Of a stretch of 64,000 nucleotides of DNA, positions 50,930 through 63,180 are shown piece by piece. The notes under the pieces are model-generated. The model did not search any database. It was not told where the DNA came from and saw nothing but the letters and a program-made list of their open reading frames with translations. The stretch is from contig NC_043016.1 in NCBI RefSeq assembly GCF_006345805.1, positions 17,236,001-17,300,000 on the forward strand, read 5' to 3'. This stretch comes from Octopus sinensis (lineage: Eukaryota). The position numbers were made by a program, and so were the translations under genes. Numbering within the stretch: position 1 is the stretch's first letter; the number at the start of each line of letters is the position of its first letter.

Positions 50930-52060
50930 ACGCTAATATGTGAATCCACCTCTGATACATGGCACTTAGTCAACAAGGGAGGTCATTCTTCAGTACTTCG
51001 TCCCATATCTTCCTGGGTTTTCCACTTCTACATGCTCCATCAGCACTTCTTCATGGTGCTGTCAGCATCCATCTGCATCACATGACCAAACCAGCACAGC
51101 TTTCTCTCTTGCACACAGCATCTAATTCCTCGTATGCCCAACCTCTCTCTCAAAAAAACAAACACTCTGTTGAGCATGTACACTTTCATTACACATCCAT
51201 CAGAGCATACCAGCCTCATTTCTCTCTAGCCTTTTCTTGTCCTCTGCATTCAGGGCCCACATCTCATTAGTATGTAGAACTGCTGTCTGTATACATGCAT
51301 CATACAATCTTCTTTTCACTCAGAGAGAGTGAAACCTTTCATGGCCAACAAAGGTAACAGCTCTCTGAATTTCCTCTTTGGATCTTTCTGGTCCTAAGCC
51401 TGAAGACACTAACCACCAGCTTATTTATGTTGAGTTGTACATTCTTCCCCTAGGAAAGATTTTGTATTTACGAGCATATACCTATCCCCGTGTCAAGTGA
51501 GGATGCAGTCAATCTGGCTGGTGTGTCTCCCATATTCATAAGTGATCAGATGGTTGACAAGTTTTCTGATGTCGGTGTTGCAGACAAGTAAGCCTTGAGC
51601 ATTGCAAGACTTTGGCAGCCTTGTCCCCTCCTCATTTCTGGGGTCAAAACTGTAGCCACCATGCACACCCTGAAATCCATTGGAGTATTTTTCCAACATG
51701 TCCATTGAAGTCCTCTACCTTTTTTTCGAATGCCGTTGTCTTTCATCGTCAAAAGGATCCCCAAAAGGGATTCATAGACGTGGTCCTTCTGAGTATTTGC
51801 GAGTCTGGCAAGCAGAGACAACTAACACAATTACATCAAACAAATTTATTCTTAGCTTAATAATCCTATCATATACCCTGACTACCTCGATCACCTTATC
51901 CACCCATTTCTCTACTAGTAGAATACCCATACCTTGTTGCCTACCTGGAAAAATTTGTATCTATGCCCATTGCCTGTAAGCAGTCTAGCTGAGACCCCCC
52001 ATCATTGTACCTCTTAGACACATCTACCTGTCTCCACTCAAACATCTCAACTATCTCTCC
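50930..52060 (-). mobile_element. Decayed RTE LINE pieces (3' end 50930-51360; APE endonuclease region 51370-52060)
   Basis: Minus frames GGYSFDPRNEEGTRL...LLVCNT...HLITYEYGRHTSQIDCIL (APE) and an RTE C-terminus-like segment. Confidence 0.75.
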
Positions 52061-52663
52061 AAATCTCCAAATCTACCTTTTATAGCACCAACATTGGTTG
52101 TGCCAGTTCTGAGCTTGTAGAACTAAAGAGAAGATTGTGGGAATATTTTTGGCTTCTAGAAAGAAATGGCTACAGGCCCTTGTGCTTTGGTAGAGAAATA
52201 ATGCTACAATTCCAGTTTCCAATTTCCTCCATCCCATAACCTTAATGGCTAAGCACATACATTATAAGAAAGCACACAGGTATATGCCCATATTTCTGAA
52301 TAGAGTACGAGCATATGTGCTTGAGTCACTTTCACTGAGGTGGTGGTGGGGTGGGGTTTGTGTTAGGGGCATCTGGAATCCATTGATATCACATGACAAA
52401 ATGTCCACCATGAAGTTAGAAACGAAATTAATTTGTCAATCAATGGAGAAATATTTGTTATCCATAATCTGAAATACCTATGTATTTCCCTGAAGGAGAG
52501 AGAGAAAAATTAGGTTTGGTATTATTCACCTATTGTTTGAAATAAAGAGAAGGAAGGATAGCTGGCTAGCTGGACAGGTAGATAGAAAATGCACCTGTTG
52601 GCATTGGTATATATATATATATATATATAGAAATATGTGTGTGTGTTGTTTGCGTGTGAGTGT

Positions 52664-52827
52664 AGGGCTGGCCCTAGGGTTGCTGGTGCCCCAGGTAAGC
52701 TGGACTTCAGCTTCTTCAAGCTGACCATTGTGGAAATTTCCTTGTCCTTGTCCATGTCCTCCTTGGCACCCCCTGCACTCGGCACCCTGGATGACTGTCC
52801 AAGTGGCCGGTACCTTGGGCTGGCCCT
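52664..52827. mobile_element. GC-rich ~165-bp MITE-like element
   Basis: Both ends read GGGCTGGCCCT, a decayed self-complementary GGGCCGGCCC; inserted in (TG)n; no clear TSD. Confidence 0.5.
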
Positions 52828-52893
52828 GTGTGTGTGTATATACACACACACACACACACAACACATGTATGTATGTATATATATATATATTTA

Positions 52894-53436
52894 TGTCAGG
52901 TTACTTTCAAGTGCTACTGGTAACATGTAACCCAGTACAACCCGTTGCATGGTCGGGTCATCGGCGACTAAACCGGCAACCCCACCAAGCTTGCTTGGTG
53001 AGGAGGGTGTTTATCGGATACCCTGTGGGAGGAAAACCAAAACCCGTCAAAGGGCGGAGGAACTCTTGAGAGTCAACAGCCATCCAATAAATGTATCATG
53101 CGAAGGGACATAGAAATAATCGGACTGAATACCCGATCGCGCGGTTAAACCATTGGGAGTGAAGGACTCCTAGCCTTTGTTAGGGCATCCTTCTAGGAGA
53201 AGGTAACTCAGGTAACTGGGATAACTCCGACATAAAACCTGTGGCTCAGTGGTTACCGATGATGTTGACTTGTTCTTCTTTTCGGATTATGGCTGCTGTT
53301 GCTTAGTGAGTGGGATTGACTCAGTGCATAGCCTTTCCTCACTTTAAAAAAATTCTTCTTGCACAGGCATTGCACGATAACAACATGGATTAAGCTTCGT
53401 GCAGTGGCCATACTCGATAACGAGGGGCAACCACCA
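52894..53436. other. Unclassified ~545-bp hairpin-rich island between (TA)n tracts (solo LTR or non-autonomous retroelement)
   Basis: Higher GC than the surroundings; TG...CA ends; several hairpins; AATAAA at ~53087. Confidence 0.4.
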
Positions 53437-53614
53437 TGTATATATATATATATATATATAGATAAATATATACATACAGTTGAGGTGTATTCTGTTAAGA
53501 ACGTATTAGAGTACAAAACAGAGCTTGTTCACCCTTAGAAATAGCAGATAGCCAGCAATATTATGGTATGCTACTGATTCTAGTCTTAGGCATTCCTCGT
53601 TCATGAAAAATAAA

Positions 53615-53968
53615 AAAGAAAGAATAAATAGAGTCCAATAGAGTCAAAAGTAAGAGGTGTATGACTGTTTAATGATCACTACATATGTTTCGATACAGCA
53701 TAGAGCCACATTTACACAGGATTTAAATTCAAAGGAGCCAGATGGATGTGACAGCATCGAAATCAAACATTTACTGACGGAGAGAGAGCGATTATATATC
53801 ACCTGAGGAGATACATCTAGGTCCTATCATACAGGTAAACTGTTACTTAATTGAAATTTAAATCCTGTATATATGTGGAGCTATGTTGTATCGAAACATG
53901 TGTAGGGGATCATTAAACAGCTGTCGAGGCAGGGTCCCTCTTACTTTTGACTCTATTTATTCTTTCAT
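53615..53968 (+). ncRNA. Minimal type I hammerhead motif within an inverted-duplicated (Penelope pLTR-like) repeat
   Basis: atcac CTGAGGA(53803-53809) gatac..73 nt..gtatc GAAA c atgt GTA(53902-53904). Arms 53619-53732 / 53851-53968 are inverted. Confidence 0.65.
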
Positions 53969-53995
53969 TTATATATATATATATATATATATATG

Positions 53996-54150
53996 GGCAT
54001 GGCTGTGTGGTTAGGGAGCTTGCTTCCTAGCTATATGGTTTCGGGTTCAGTCCCACTGCGTGGCACTTTGGGTAGGTGTCTTCTACTATAGCCCCGAGCT
54101 GACAGGAGCTTTGTGATTGAATTCGGTAGGTGGAAGTTACTGCTGTGTGT
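53996..54150 (+). mobile_element. SINE family C, 5' part
   Basis: ggcatggctgtgtggttagggagcttgcttcc...gggttcagtcccactgcgtggcactttggg. Confidence 0.85.
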
Positions 54151-54394
54151 GTATATGTGCGTGTAGGTGCTTGTGCCTCTCCGAAAGAGAGAGAGGATAT
54201 ATATATAGACACACACAGAAATGGATAATATGGTATCACTACAATCGTTTCATTAAGAGATTTTATAGTATTGTAACATTGTACAGGCAGGTACATATGA
54301 ATTGCAACATGTACAAAATACTGCAAAACACAACAGAGAAACTCTCCCATCATTAGGTTGTACAGTAACCTGGCACATTTGTATTTGTTTTGCT

Positions 54395-54570
54395 CACTGA
54401 ACAAAATGTTTGGTAGCATTTCTTTCAGCTTTACGGTTCTGCTGAGGTCGACTTTGCCTTTCATCCCTTTCAGGGTCAATGAAATAATTACCCGTTGAAC
54501 ACTAGGGTTGATGTAATCAATTGGTACCCCCACCCCAAAAGTTTCAGGCCTTAGTGGAAGGGCTTATTAT
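54395..54570 (+). mobile_element. SINE family A, diverged
   Basis: gaggtcgactttgcctttcatccc...gggtcaatgaaat. Confidence 0.7.
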
Positions 54571-54790
54571 CATCAAATTAGTAAATGTTAATTTATTAGC
54601 AAGGATTCTATCTTGAGTTTTGCTGACAAGTCTCGTCAAATTTCCAAGAACCTGAGCCTTTCTTAGGATTCTAACAGAAAATAGGAACGTACTCTTCTGC
54701 TGGTCAACAATGTCGGTTTCAATTCCAATCTCCTTCAGTCTTTTGGGTAGCATTTTGGGTGTTGCATTAATTACTGCAGGAATAATTGTT
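54560..54790 (-). mobile_element. R4-type LINE 3' fragment
   Basis: LPKRLKEIGIETDIVDQQKSTFLFSVRILRK resembles the R4 C-terminus (LQKxxLLGTARILRK). Confidence 0.65.
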
Positions 54791-56237
54791 GTCTTAACAG
54801 CAGCAGTAGTGGTAGTAGTAGTGGTAGTAGTAGTAGTAGTAGTAGTAGTAGTATACCCTTTTATAATTGACAGCTCATCATTGGGGTAACTATTATACTT
54901 ATTCACTGGAACTGTAAATTCAAGTCCATTTAGCCAGACACAGCACATTTTCTCTTGTATAAAAAAAATGGATTATGTTGTCCTATATACACTGTCCAAA
55001 AAACAAAACAAAAACAAAACAAAACAAAACAGTTCAAAAGAAGAGAAACAAATCAAATATTTATTTATAGTTTGAGTCATTAGTGTTAATCAACAATTAT
55101 CTAATGCTAAGCAGAAATGTTCCATCTCCAACTGTTCATTAAAGACTGCAATGAGTTCTTCATTATCTTCATATTTTGGGTGTGTTTCTTTTGGGTGTGT
55201 TTCTTCAGGTCTGTAAACAAGAAATATGTTGATGTTCTTTGGTGATTAAGTTTTTAAAATAACATCTTAGATAATGTTTAAATAATGTGTTGTGCAATCA
55301 AGAACTTGTGTGCAAACGAGGCAGTTGCAATGTGGTAACTTGCTTTACAAGAACTAGCAGCCAAATCTCCCTTAAATTATACCTGTTAATTTAAAAAATG
55401 GAAGGACACATTAAATAATGTAGTCTTAAGTGAACTAAGTTTGAATAAAAGACAGGTTAGTCATGGCTGGAATATCCCTGACCATAGGTCTGCTGGGCTA
55501 GAGTGGACCTTGGGCTAAAAATGATAAAGATCAAGGACTTATGGATTGATCCATAAACCCTTCTACTAGGATAAAATTTCAAAGCCACCATTTTACATCT
55601 TATATCTTTACTTCTCCATATAAACCATAAAAATAGATTAATGATATGTCAAAACAATGAAATTTCTTTCTGATCTCAGAATAACATTCATCATGATCTC
55701 AGCAGACTTTGTAGCCTTTGGGTTCAGACCATTTAGATATCACCATTCATAGGATTTCTTCAAACTTTCATTATGATAATAATAATAATAATAATAATAA
55801 TTATCATCTTTTAATGTTCGCTTTCCATGCTGGCATGGGTTGGACGATTTGACTGAGGACTGGTGAACCAGATGGCTGCACCAGGCGCAATCTGATCTGG
55901 CAGAGTTTCTACAGCTCAATGCCCCTCCTAATGCCAACCGCTCCAAGAGTGTAGTGGGTGCTTTTACATGCCACTAGCACGAGGGCCAGTCAGGTGGTAC
56001 TGGCAATGGCCACGCTCAGATGGTGTTTTTTACATGCTACCTGCATAGGAGCCAGTCCAGTGGCACTGGCAATGATGATAATAATAATAATAATGATGAT
56101 AATAATAACAACAGCAACAACAACAAGAACCCTGTTACATTTCCAGTCACTGTTTGTTAAAAAAGGAAAAACAAAATTTTTTTCTTGGTTAACAACCTCC
56201 AACAGTTTTTGAACAAAAGTCATTTGAATATTCTGTT

Positions 56238-57797
56238 AGCATTTAAGCCAAACATATCTGGCCCAAATATTCTATCTATTCTATCTTCAAACTGGCCAGA
56301 TCCAGCCTCTCACACTTACCATATAAGATAAACAACCATACCATAAAGATCTCAAAGCTGTAAGATAAGTCATGATTAATTCAAAACAATATGGATAATT
56401 ATGAATTCCATTTGGCAGAGTAACCCGAATGCTAAATAGTAATATTGAGGTTTACATTTTCAGAAATCCCTTCTCTAATAACTTCATATTCCCAATTTTA
56501 ACTGCAATTAGCGATGGATTAGAGTTTCGGTAATGAAAATCTTTGGTGGAGGATATTAATAGTACTACATCATTCCTCGGTGAAACATTTCATAATTAAC
56601 TAATTGATACCCCAATTTGTTCACTTTAAATAGTGGCAATTTATAAAAATATAAATCATTTCAAGAAACAATTAGTTGATTAGGAACAGTTATTGATAAA
56701 TGCATAAAGAAGTATTAATTTAGTTGCATGGAAAAAAAAAAAAAAGGTAAAAACATTAATTTTAAACACCTAAGGCTAAATCTTAAGGTACATGTGGTAT
56801 TACAATATATAGAGTAATTTGCTCAGGAAAAACGGTTATGTCTGCTCTAGTTCTGAATTGATGTCAATTGAGCACGTTTTGATTGTGGTTGACTTTACTT
56901 TAAAATCAAAAATAATATTTTGTAACAATGGCTGATTGTCATATCTCTAATGCTAAATGTATTTTTCTGTAACATATTAAACCATTTAGCATTCAGATTA
57001 CTTTGTCAAGTGTAATATTTATTTATTCACATTACTTTGAATTAATCATGAATATAATCTTATTGCTTTGCGATTTCAATGATGTGATTGTTTAGTTTTA
57101 GACTGGTAATACAGGATATTATTAAGTTGAATTAATTTCATTTAAAATATTATAGACATTCTAACTTTAACCTCTTTAGCATTCAGATTTCTCTATCAAA
57201 TGTAATGCTTTCTTTATTCTCAATGTTTTCATTTAATCATATATTATCTCAGTTTTGAGATTTCAATGATGTGATTATTTAGTTTTAGAATGTCGTTGTG
57301 GGGTAGGTGAGAGAGGCCAGATATGGCCAGTTTTAACACAAAACATGTAGAATATTTGGACTGGATACGGCTGGTTTAAATTCTAAAGGGTTAAACCAGC
57401 CATATTCAGCCCAAATGCCCTGACTGTTTTATGTTCAAACCAACCAGATCTGGCCTCTTGCATCTACCCTACAATGTCATTCTAAAAACAAAGAATCACA
57501 TCATCCAACTCTTGAAGCTATGAGATAATGCCTGATTAATTAAAGACAATGTGAATTAGAATGCATTACATTTGATAACCTGAATGCTAAAAGGTTAAAC
57601 TGGCCTAAATACTTTACCTGTTTTATATTCTAACTTGCCAGATTCAACCTGTCACACTTACCCTACAATGTCATTCTAAAAATAAGCAATCACATCGTCA
57701 GAATATTTCAGCTATGAGATAATGCATGATTTATTCAAAACAATGTGAATAAATAAGGAATAAGGAATTTGACAGAATAATCTGAATATTAAACAGT
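56238..57797. mobile_element. Cluster of five piggyBac-type MITE copies
   Basis: Copies at ~56238-56440 (+), 56982-57160 (-), 57167-57394 (-), 57391-57598 (+) and 57599-57797 (+); junctions fall at TTAA. Confidence 0.8.
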
Positions 57798-57916
57798 TCA
57801 TACAACAAAACATTCATCTCGTTAAGCTGCTTTAATAAGGTTAACTCAGTAATGCTACTGAACATTGTAACCAGCATTATTAATTATTTTGACTAATAAA
57901 TGAAGAAAATGAAATT

Positions 57917-58226
57917 CAGTGGTTTTCAACCATTTTTTTTTTTTACCTAAGGACCCATTTATTTACTATTTTATTCTGGTGGATTCCCATATCCATTTGA
58001 GGCTTAAAAACTAGTTCTATACAAATTTCTTTCAAAATTCCTATTTTATTTTTCACACATTGTGTTGATTGAACCTTGTAAAATGTCTGAGAAAGAAACC
58101 CAGCTATTTCTTGCCATGAATACATCTAAAACAGTTTTTTCTGGGTACCTTAAAATACTTTTGTGGATCCCCAATTTGCTACTTTGCTTGTGCACCCCAC
58201 CCCCTAAAAAACAATGAGAACCATTG
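57917..58226. mobile_element. hAT-type MITE related to 24114-24380
   Basis: CAGTGGTTTTCAACC...TGAGAACCATTG; TSD not preserved. Confidence 0.7.
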
Positions 58227-58326
58227 TTGTAATATATCAGACTTAAGGAAAATACTTTGACGATTTGTTTGATCTTCTTGAAGACATTTTCAGTTGAATC
58301 ATCAATTTTTTCTTTTTTCTTTCCAG

Positions 58327-58529
58327 ACAAATACTTTCCAGGTTGTTATTGCTTCCAGCGGTGATGACTCATTTGTTCTGTTCAATTATGATGACAAAAT
58401 TCAATGGATCAAAGGCGAAGGCAAGGGACCACATCCAGATCCACCTGCACAGATGGGATTCGACTCAGGAGCAGAGCATTACCAACGATTGCCTTATTCT
58501 GGATCAGACGAAGCAGCTAACGTAGCAAA
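58327..58529 (+). CDS. Nid: Internal exon (203 nt, phase 0 to 2) of the same NIDO-domain gene, probably nidogen
   Basis: Strong polypyrimidine acceptor ttttttcttttttctttccAG (58325-58326) and donor GTattt at 58530. Translates TNTFQVVIASSGDDSFVLFNYDDKIQWIKGEGKGPHPDPPAQMGFDSGAEHYQRLPYSGSDEAANVA(K/N): NTFQ...IQW..G...AQxGF...LPxSG, as in invertebrate nidogen NIDO domains. Confidence 0.9.
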
Positions 58530-58556
58530 GTATTTATTAGTTTTTATTTAAGTCTT

Positions 58557-58820
58557 CCTTGTTTCAGTCACTGGAACTGTAGCCAAGCTGGGCCACCACC
58601 TAGAAAGGTGTTTTAGTCAAATGAATCAACTCCATTGTTTTTATTTGCTTCCTATACCAAACTACTAAGTTCCTGGGATGTAAACAAACCAACATCAGTT
58701 GTCAAGTGGGGATGAGGGATAAATACAAACACACACACACACAAACACACATACTTATATATATGTATGTATACACACATATAAGTGTGTGTGTGTTGGC
58801 CTAACACTAAAATATGTTGT
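58557..58820 (-). mobile_element. SINE family C (3' half), starting ~27 nt after the exon donor
   Basis: cttgtttcagtcactgg...ccaacatcagttgtcaagtgg = reverse complement of the family C 3' half. Confidence 0.7.
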
Positions 58821-59095
58821 TTGGCATACTTTATCAAAAAGGATTTTCATCAGAAAAATGTGAAGTTGTTACCTTGATTTATACACCTTGTATACTATGT
58901 GTGTGTATAGGTATGTGTGTATGTGTGTATGTATGTATGCATGTGCATACATATATATGTTTCTATCTGTCTGTATGTATGTATATATATGTACATATGT
59001 GTATGTATGTATGTATATGTATATATGTGTGTATTTATGTATATGTATATATGTGTGTATATGAGTGTTTGTTATGTAAAATATTTGTCTACATG

Positions 59096-59150
<55 letters not shown>

Positions 59151-59489
59151 GTAACATATTTATGTGTGTCACTCAGTCTTCTGCTAATATATCAATATTT
59201 TCTGCTGATGTTATCAATATTTTTTTAGTTTTTTTGTATTCCATCAGTTATTCTCCCCCAGAAGATTGTTAATCTGTCAGCTTTTGGATAAAAGAAAATT
59301 CTAATGTCACTTATTTCAAGAACGACAAAATATACTGAGAATTAACCTTTTTCTTTTTGTTTAAGCATCTTTACGTTTAAAGAATCCTCCAAGCATATTC
59401 AGCTTGGTGTTCTCTGAGTAAAGATGGACTTCAACCCTGGATCATTGAAAATCTACACTTCATTCAAAAGAAGCCTATCAACTAGATTA

Positions 59490-60213
59490 AGAAATTAGAA
59501 AATTACTATTTCTAAATCTCACAACAAGAGATATTCATCAACAGTACTTTGGAGTAAAGATTGTTTGCCAACATAACATAAAATGGCAGTGCCCAGTCCT
59601 GGTTTAGGATAAATTTGGCAGCACCACCTATAGCCAAACAATTATTCTGTGCTGATGAAGGGAAATAACCTGGAAATCGTGATACACAGATATTGTTCTG
59701 AGCTGGGTTGGGGTGCTAGATTCCCTTGTTCGAAATATAAGGACTCAGATTGTGTCATATAGCCAGCTGGAGACGATGTCTCCTGGGGCTAAATTACAGC
59801 AACATTCGTCCTAAACCAGGACTGCCATGTTATGTTGGCAAGCAATCTTTATTACAAAGTACTGTTGCTAAATATCACCCGTTATAACCGTTGTAAGATT
59901 TAAAAATAGTAATTTTCTTATTTATAGATCAGTGACTAGTTGTCACTTTGAAAACTATATATTTCGAACGGGAATCTGGCAGCACCACCTCTGGCTGAAC
60001 AATTATTCTGTGATGATGAAAAGAAATAACCTGGAAATCGTGATACACAGATACTGTTTTGAGCTGAGTGGGGGTGCTAGACCACCTTGTTGGAAAATAT
60101 AAGGACACAGATTGTGTTGTATAGCCAGCTGGAGATGATGTCTCCTGGGGCTAAATTACAGCAACACTTGTCCTGAACCAGGACTGCCCTGTTATATTGG
60201 AAAACAATCTTTG
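59490..60213 (+). ncRNA. Tandem 361-bp repeat with a type I hammerhead motif per unit, plus an inverted partial copy
   Basis: tctgtg CTGATGA(59652-59658) agggaaataacctg GAAA tcgtg ATA(59682-59684) cacaga. The second copy lies 361 bp downstream (ATGATGA at 60013). 59490-59609 is an inverted copy of ~59810-59922. Confidence 0.75.
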
Positions 60214-61457
60214 CTCCTAGATTAAGAAATGTTCTTACACATAAACACCATTATGTTCTCATAAAACATTATAGTATTTATGTGTTCTCTATATCTTAAA
60301 TGAGTAAATTTTGTTCATAATTTGTAATTCTCTTTTTGTATCAATCTTTTGCACATTCTCCCCTTTTGGCCCCTATTACTAAATTGGGTCCACTCCCCCA
60401 TTCTGCTATCGCTACTTTTCATCACAATGCCAAATTGCTTTATCCTTTACATATTGTAACTTGTTCGTTGGTATGTTGCTATATTTTAAGTAATCCACTT
60501 TCTGTAAACCGTAAATGCATTTAAATAAAGCGTATTTAGGAAACAGGATTTAATTACAACATACTGAGACTTAATTAATAATAGTTGACAGTAAACAGGA
60601 TATTGCAATAACTGGTTTGGCAATTAGTAGATAACAACTTAATTAATTTCACATCTGTAAATACAATTATTTGCTGCCTAATGAGTAAAATGAATGTATG
60701 AATTTGATTTAAACTTGTCTGTGTGAATGCTTGTCTGTGTGAAGATAGTATCTTTCATGGGATGGGGGGGGGGGGTTAAATGCATATAGAAAGAATTTTC
60801 AGGATCTTTTGAACATTTATTCTTGGCAAAGGTAAATGGAAGAAGCGTCATGGTTTTAAAAATTACAAATCAATTTTAAAAAGCAATAAATCCTGGGATA
60901 ATATGGGTTAAATCTGTGTCATTGCAGTAATTGATATCAAGGTAATTAATTAGTATCTAAGTAAGGCATGAACAAAGACAAAGTAAAAATAATTTCAAAA
61001 CACAAAAACAAAACAAAATGAAAATAGTGAATAAAGTACAATGTAATTAATGCTGTGGACGGAAAGAAAAGTTGACATTTCAGACAGTGGTCTTTCATCA
61101 AAACAGAAGGATGGAGAAAAGAAAAGAACAAAAAAAAAAATAAAAAGAAAGAAGAAAGAAAAACATTATGTCAGTTGAGATGAGTAATATACTTGAAGTC
61201 CATTAATTTTTAAATGAGTTGATTTTTGGAGCAAAGAAGAATGAGCAAAGAAGAATGAGCAAAGAAGAATGAGCAATGGTGAAAGAAATAAGTACAGCAA
61301 TCATGGGAGAAAAATGAAGTTTGTGTGGAGTAAGGGTGTGTATGTGTGAGTGTGTGAATGACATGCATAGGAGAGTATGCGAAGTATACAAACATAAATA
61401 CACACAGGCATGCACACACACACACACACACATGCACGCACACACACACATACACAC

Positions 61458-61825
61458 ACTGTTTAGTTGTTTTAGTCACTGGACTGTGGCTACGATGGGG
61501 GTTTGCCCTGAAGGGTTTCATTGAACAAATTGACCCCAGTACTTACGTATTCTTTTTTGTCTGGTACTTATTCTATCGGTCTCTTTTGTTGAACCACCAA
61601 GTTATGTGGACATAAACAAACCAATTGTCAGTTGTCAAGTGGTGGCAATGGACAAATGCAGACACAAAGGCACCACATGCTCCTCTCAGCTTCAGCCTAC
61701 CAAATCTGCTCTCAAGGTTTTGTTTGGCCTGGGGCTATAGTAGAAAGCACTTGCCCAAGGTGACACAACCATACAACCATTAACCATGTGATTGGGAAGA
61801 AAACTTCTTTCCACACAGCCATGCT
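61458..61825 (-). mobile_element. SINE family C
   Basis: Reverse complement of family C. Confidence 0.8.
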
Positions 61826-62004
61826 GATACGTGTGTGTGTGTGTGTGTGTGTGTGTGAATTAACAAGGTTGTGTGCAAATGTTCGTCAATATAATTAATG
61901 AGTAAAGTAGATTGTTATTGGGTAATGTGTGCCAAGTCTTCACAACATGGGTGTGTTGGGTGTTTGCTTGAAGTATGCTTATGTATGTGTGTGTGTGAGC
62001 ATGG

Positions 62005-62345
62005 TAAAGACCCCCTACAATCATGAATGATCATGGGACTGCACCTAGAAAATTCCCCTCCAAGGTACAAGTCTGGGCAAGGTTGTTTCTATGGAAGACC
62101 AGTTGTCATCCATGCCATACCAGCCTCCACTCTCCATGCCACTGATCTTATCCAAGGAGAAAGACAAAAGCTGATACAACTTGGCACCAGTGATGTCACA
62201 ATTCATTTCTACAGATGAGTGAATTGGAGCAACGTGAAATAAAATGTCTTGCGCAAGAACACAACACACAGCCCAGTCAGGGAACCGAACTCACTACCTT
62301 ATGATTGTGAGCCTGACGCTCTAACCACTGAGCCATGTGCCTTCA
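62005..62345 (-). mobile_element. SINE family B
   Basis: Reverse complement of 15006-15327. Confidence 0.85.
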
Positions 62346-62989
62346 CTGTGTGGGAGCAGAGAGGGAGTTCAGTGTGTTAGCAAAGTTGTATGTGAATGTT
62401 ATAGTGTGCAGGGTGAATATATAAGTTATGATGTTAGAGAATGGTATGTGTTAGGATTTATTGAGTAAATTTAATCTGAAAAGGTGTCAAAGTGTGTGTG
62501 AATGTAGGAACAGAGAGAAAGAGAGAGTGGTGGGTGAGTGGTAGTGTGTTTGTGTATGGAGTGTGTGACTGATTGGATAGAGAACACACATGGTATGGGG
62601 ATGTGTTTGCATATCCAGTGTGTGAGTAGAGAAGAAAGCAGATGGCAGGGGTATCATGTTTATGTATGTAGTGTGAAAGAGTATAGAGAAGGCAAGATGG
62701 ACGTTGCAGAGAAGGGAGGTAATGCACAATGCATGTTTGTATATGCAGTACTTGGGAAGATGGAAAGTGGGGTGGCCGAATACAGACTGTGTATGAGGGA
62801 AGTGATTTAGCAGTATGTAAATTAGTTACTAATTTCAGCATGAGCTAAAATAGGAATGGACATTTAGTTGTTGTTCACTACGAAGCTTGAAAATGAGTTC
62901 TATGGTGTTGTATAATCTCTCAGACAATGAGATCCATCAGCAGATGGAAGACCCCTGAAGATTTAAAATGATTGGTCAAATGGCCTCAG

Positions 62990-63180
62990 GTCACAGGCTT
63001 AAGGGATCTGCTGTGATCGTGCTGGACATCCAACAAAGCTTCTTCAAAGGATAAGACATGTGGTACCCAGTCTTTCCTATGTACAATAAGTGACAAAGTT
63101 GGCATTTAAAGCAGCAGATGACATTTTTGGACATATAAGAGGCCATGATGTGGAAAAAGTTCATTTTAATTGAGATGGGT
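62990..63180 (-). mobile_element. Penelope-like GIY-YIG endonuclease remnant
   Basis: SKNVICCFKCQLCHLLYIGKTG matches the PLE motif NVIYxIxCxxCxxxYIGET. Confidence 0.7.

Noticed and set aside
52522-52930. Overlapping ~100-aa ORFs
   Set aside because: Read-through of a GC-rich MITE and flanking microsatellites.
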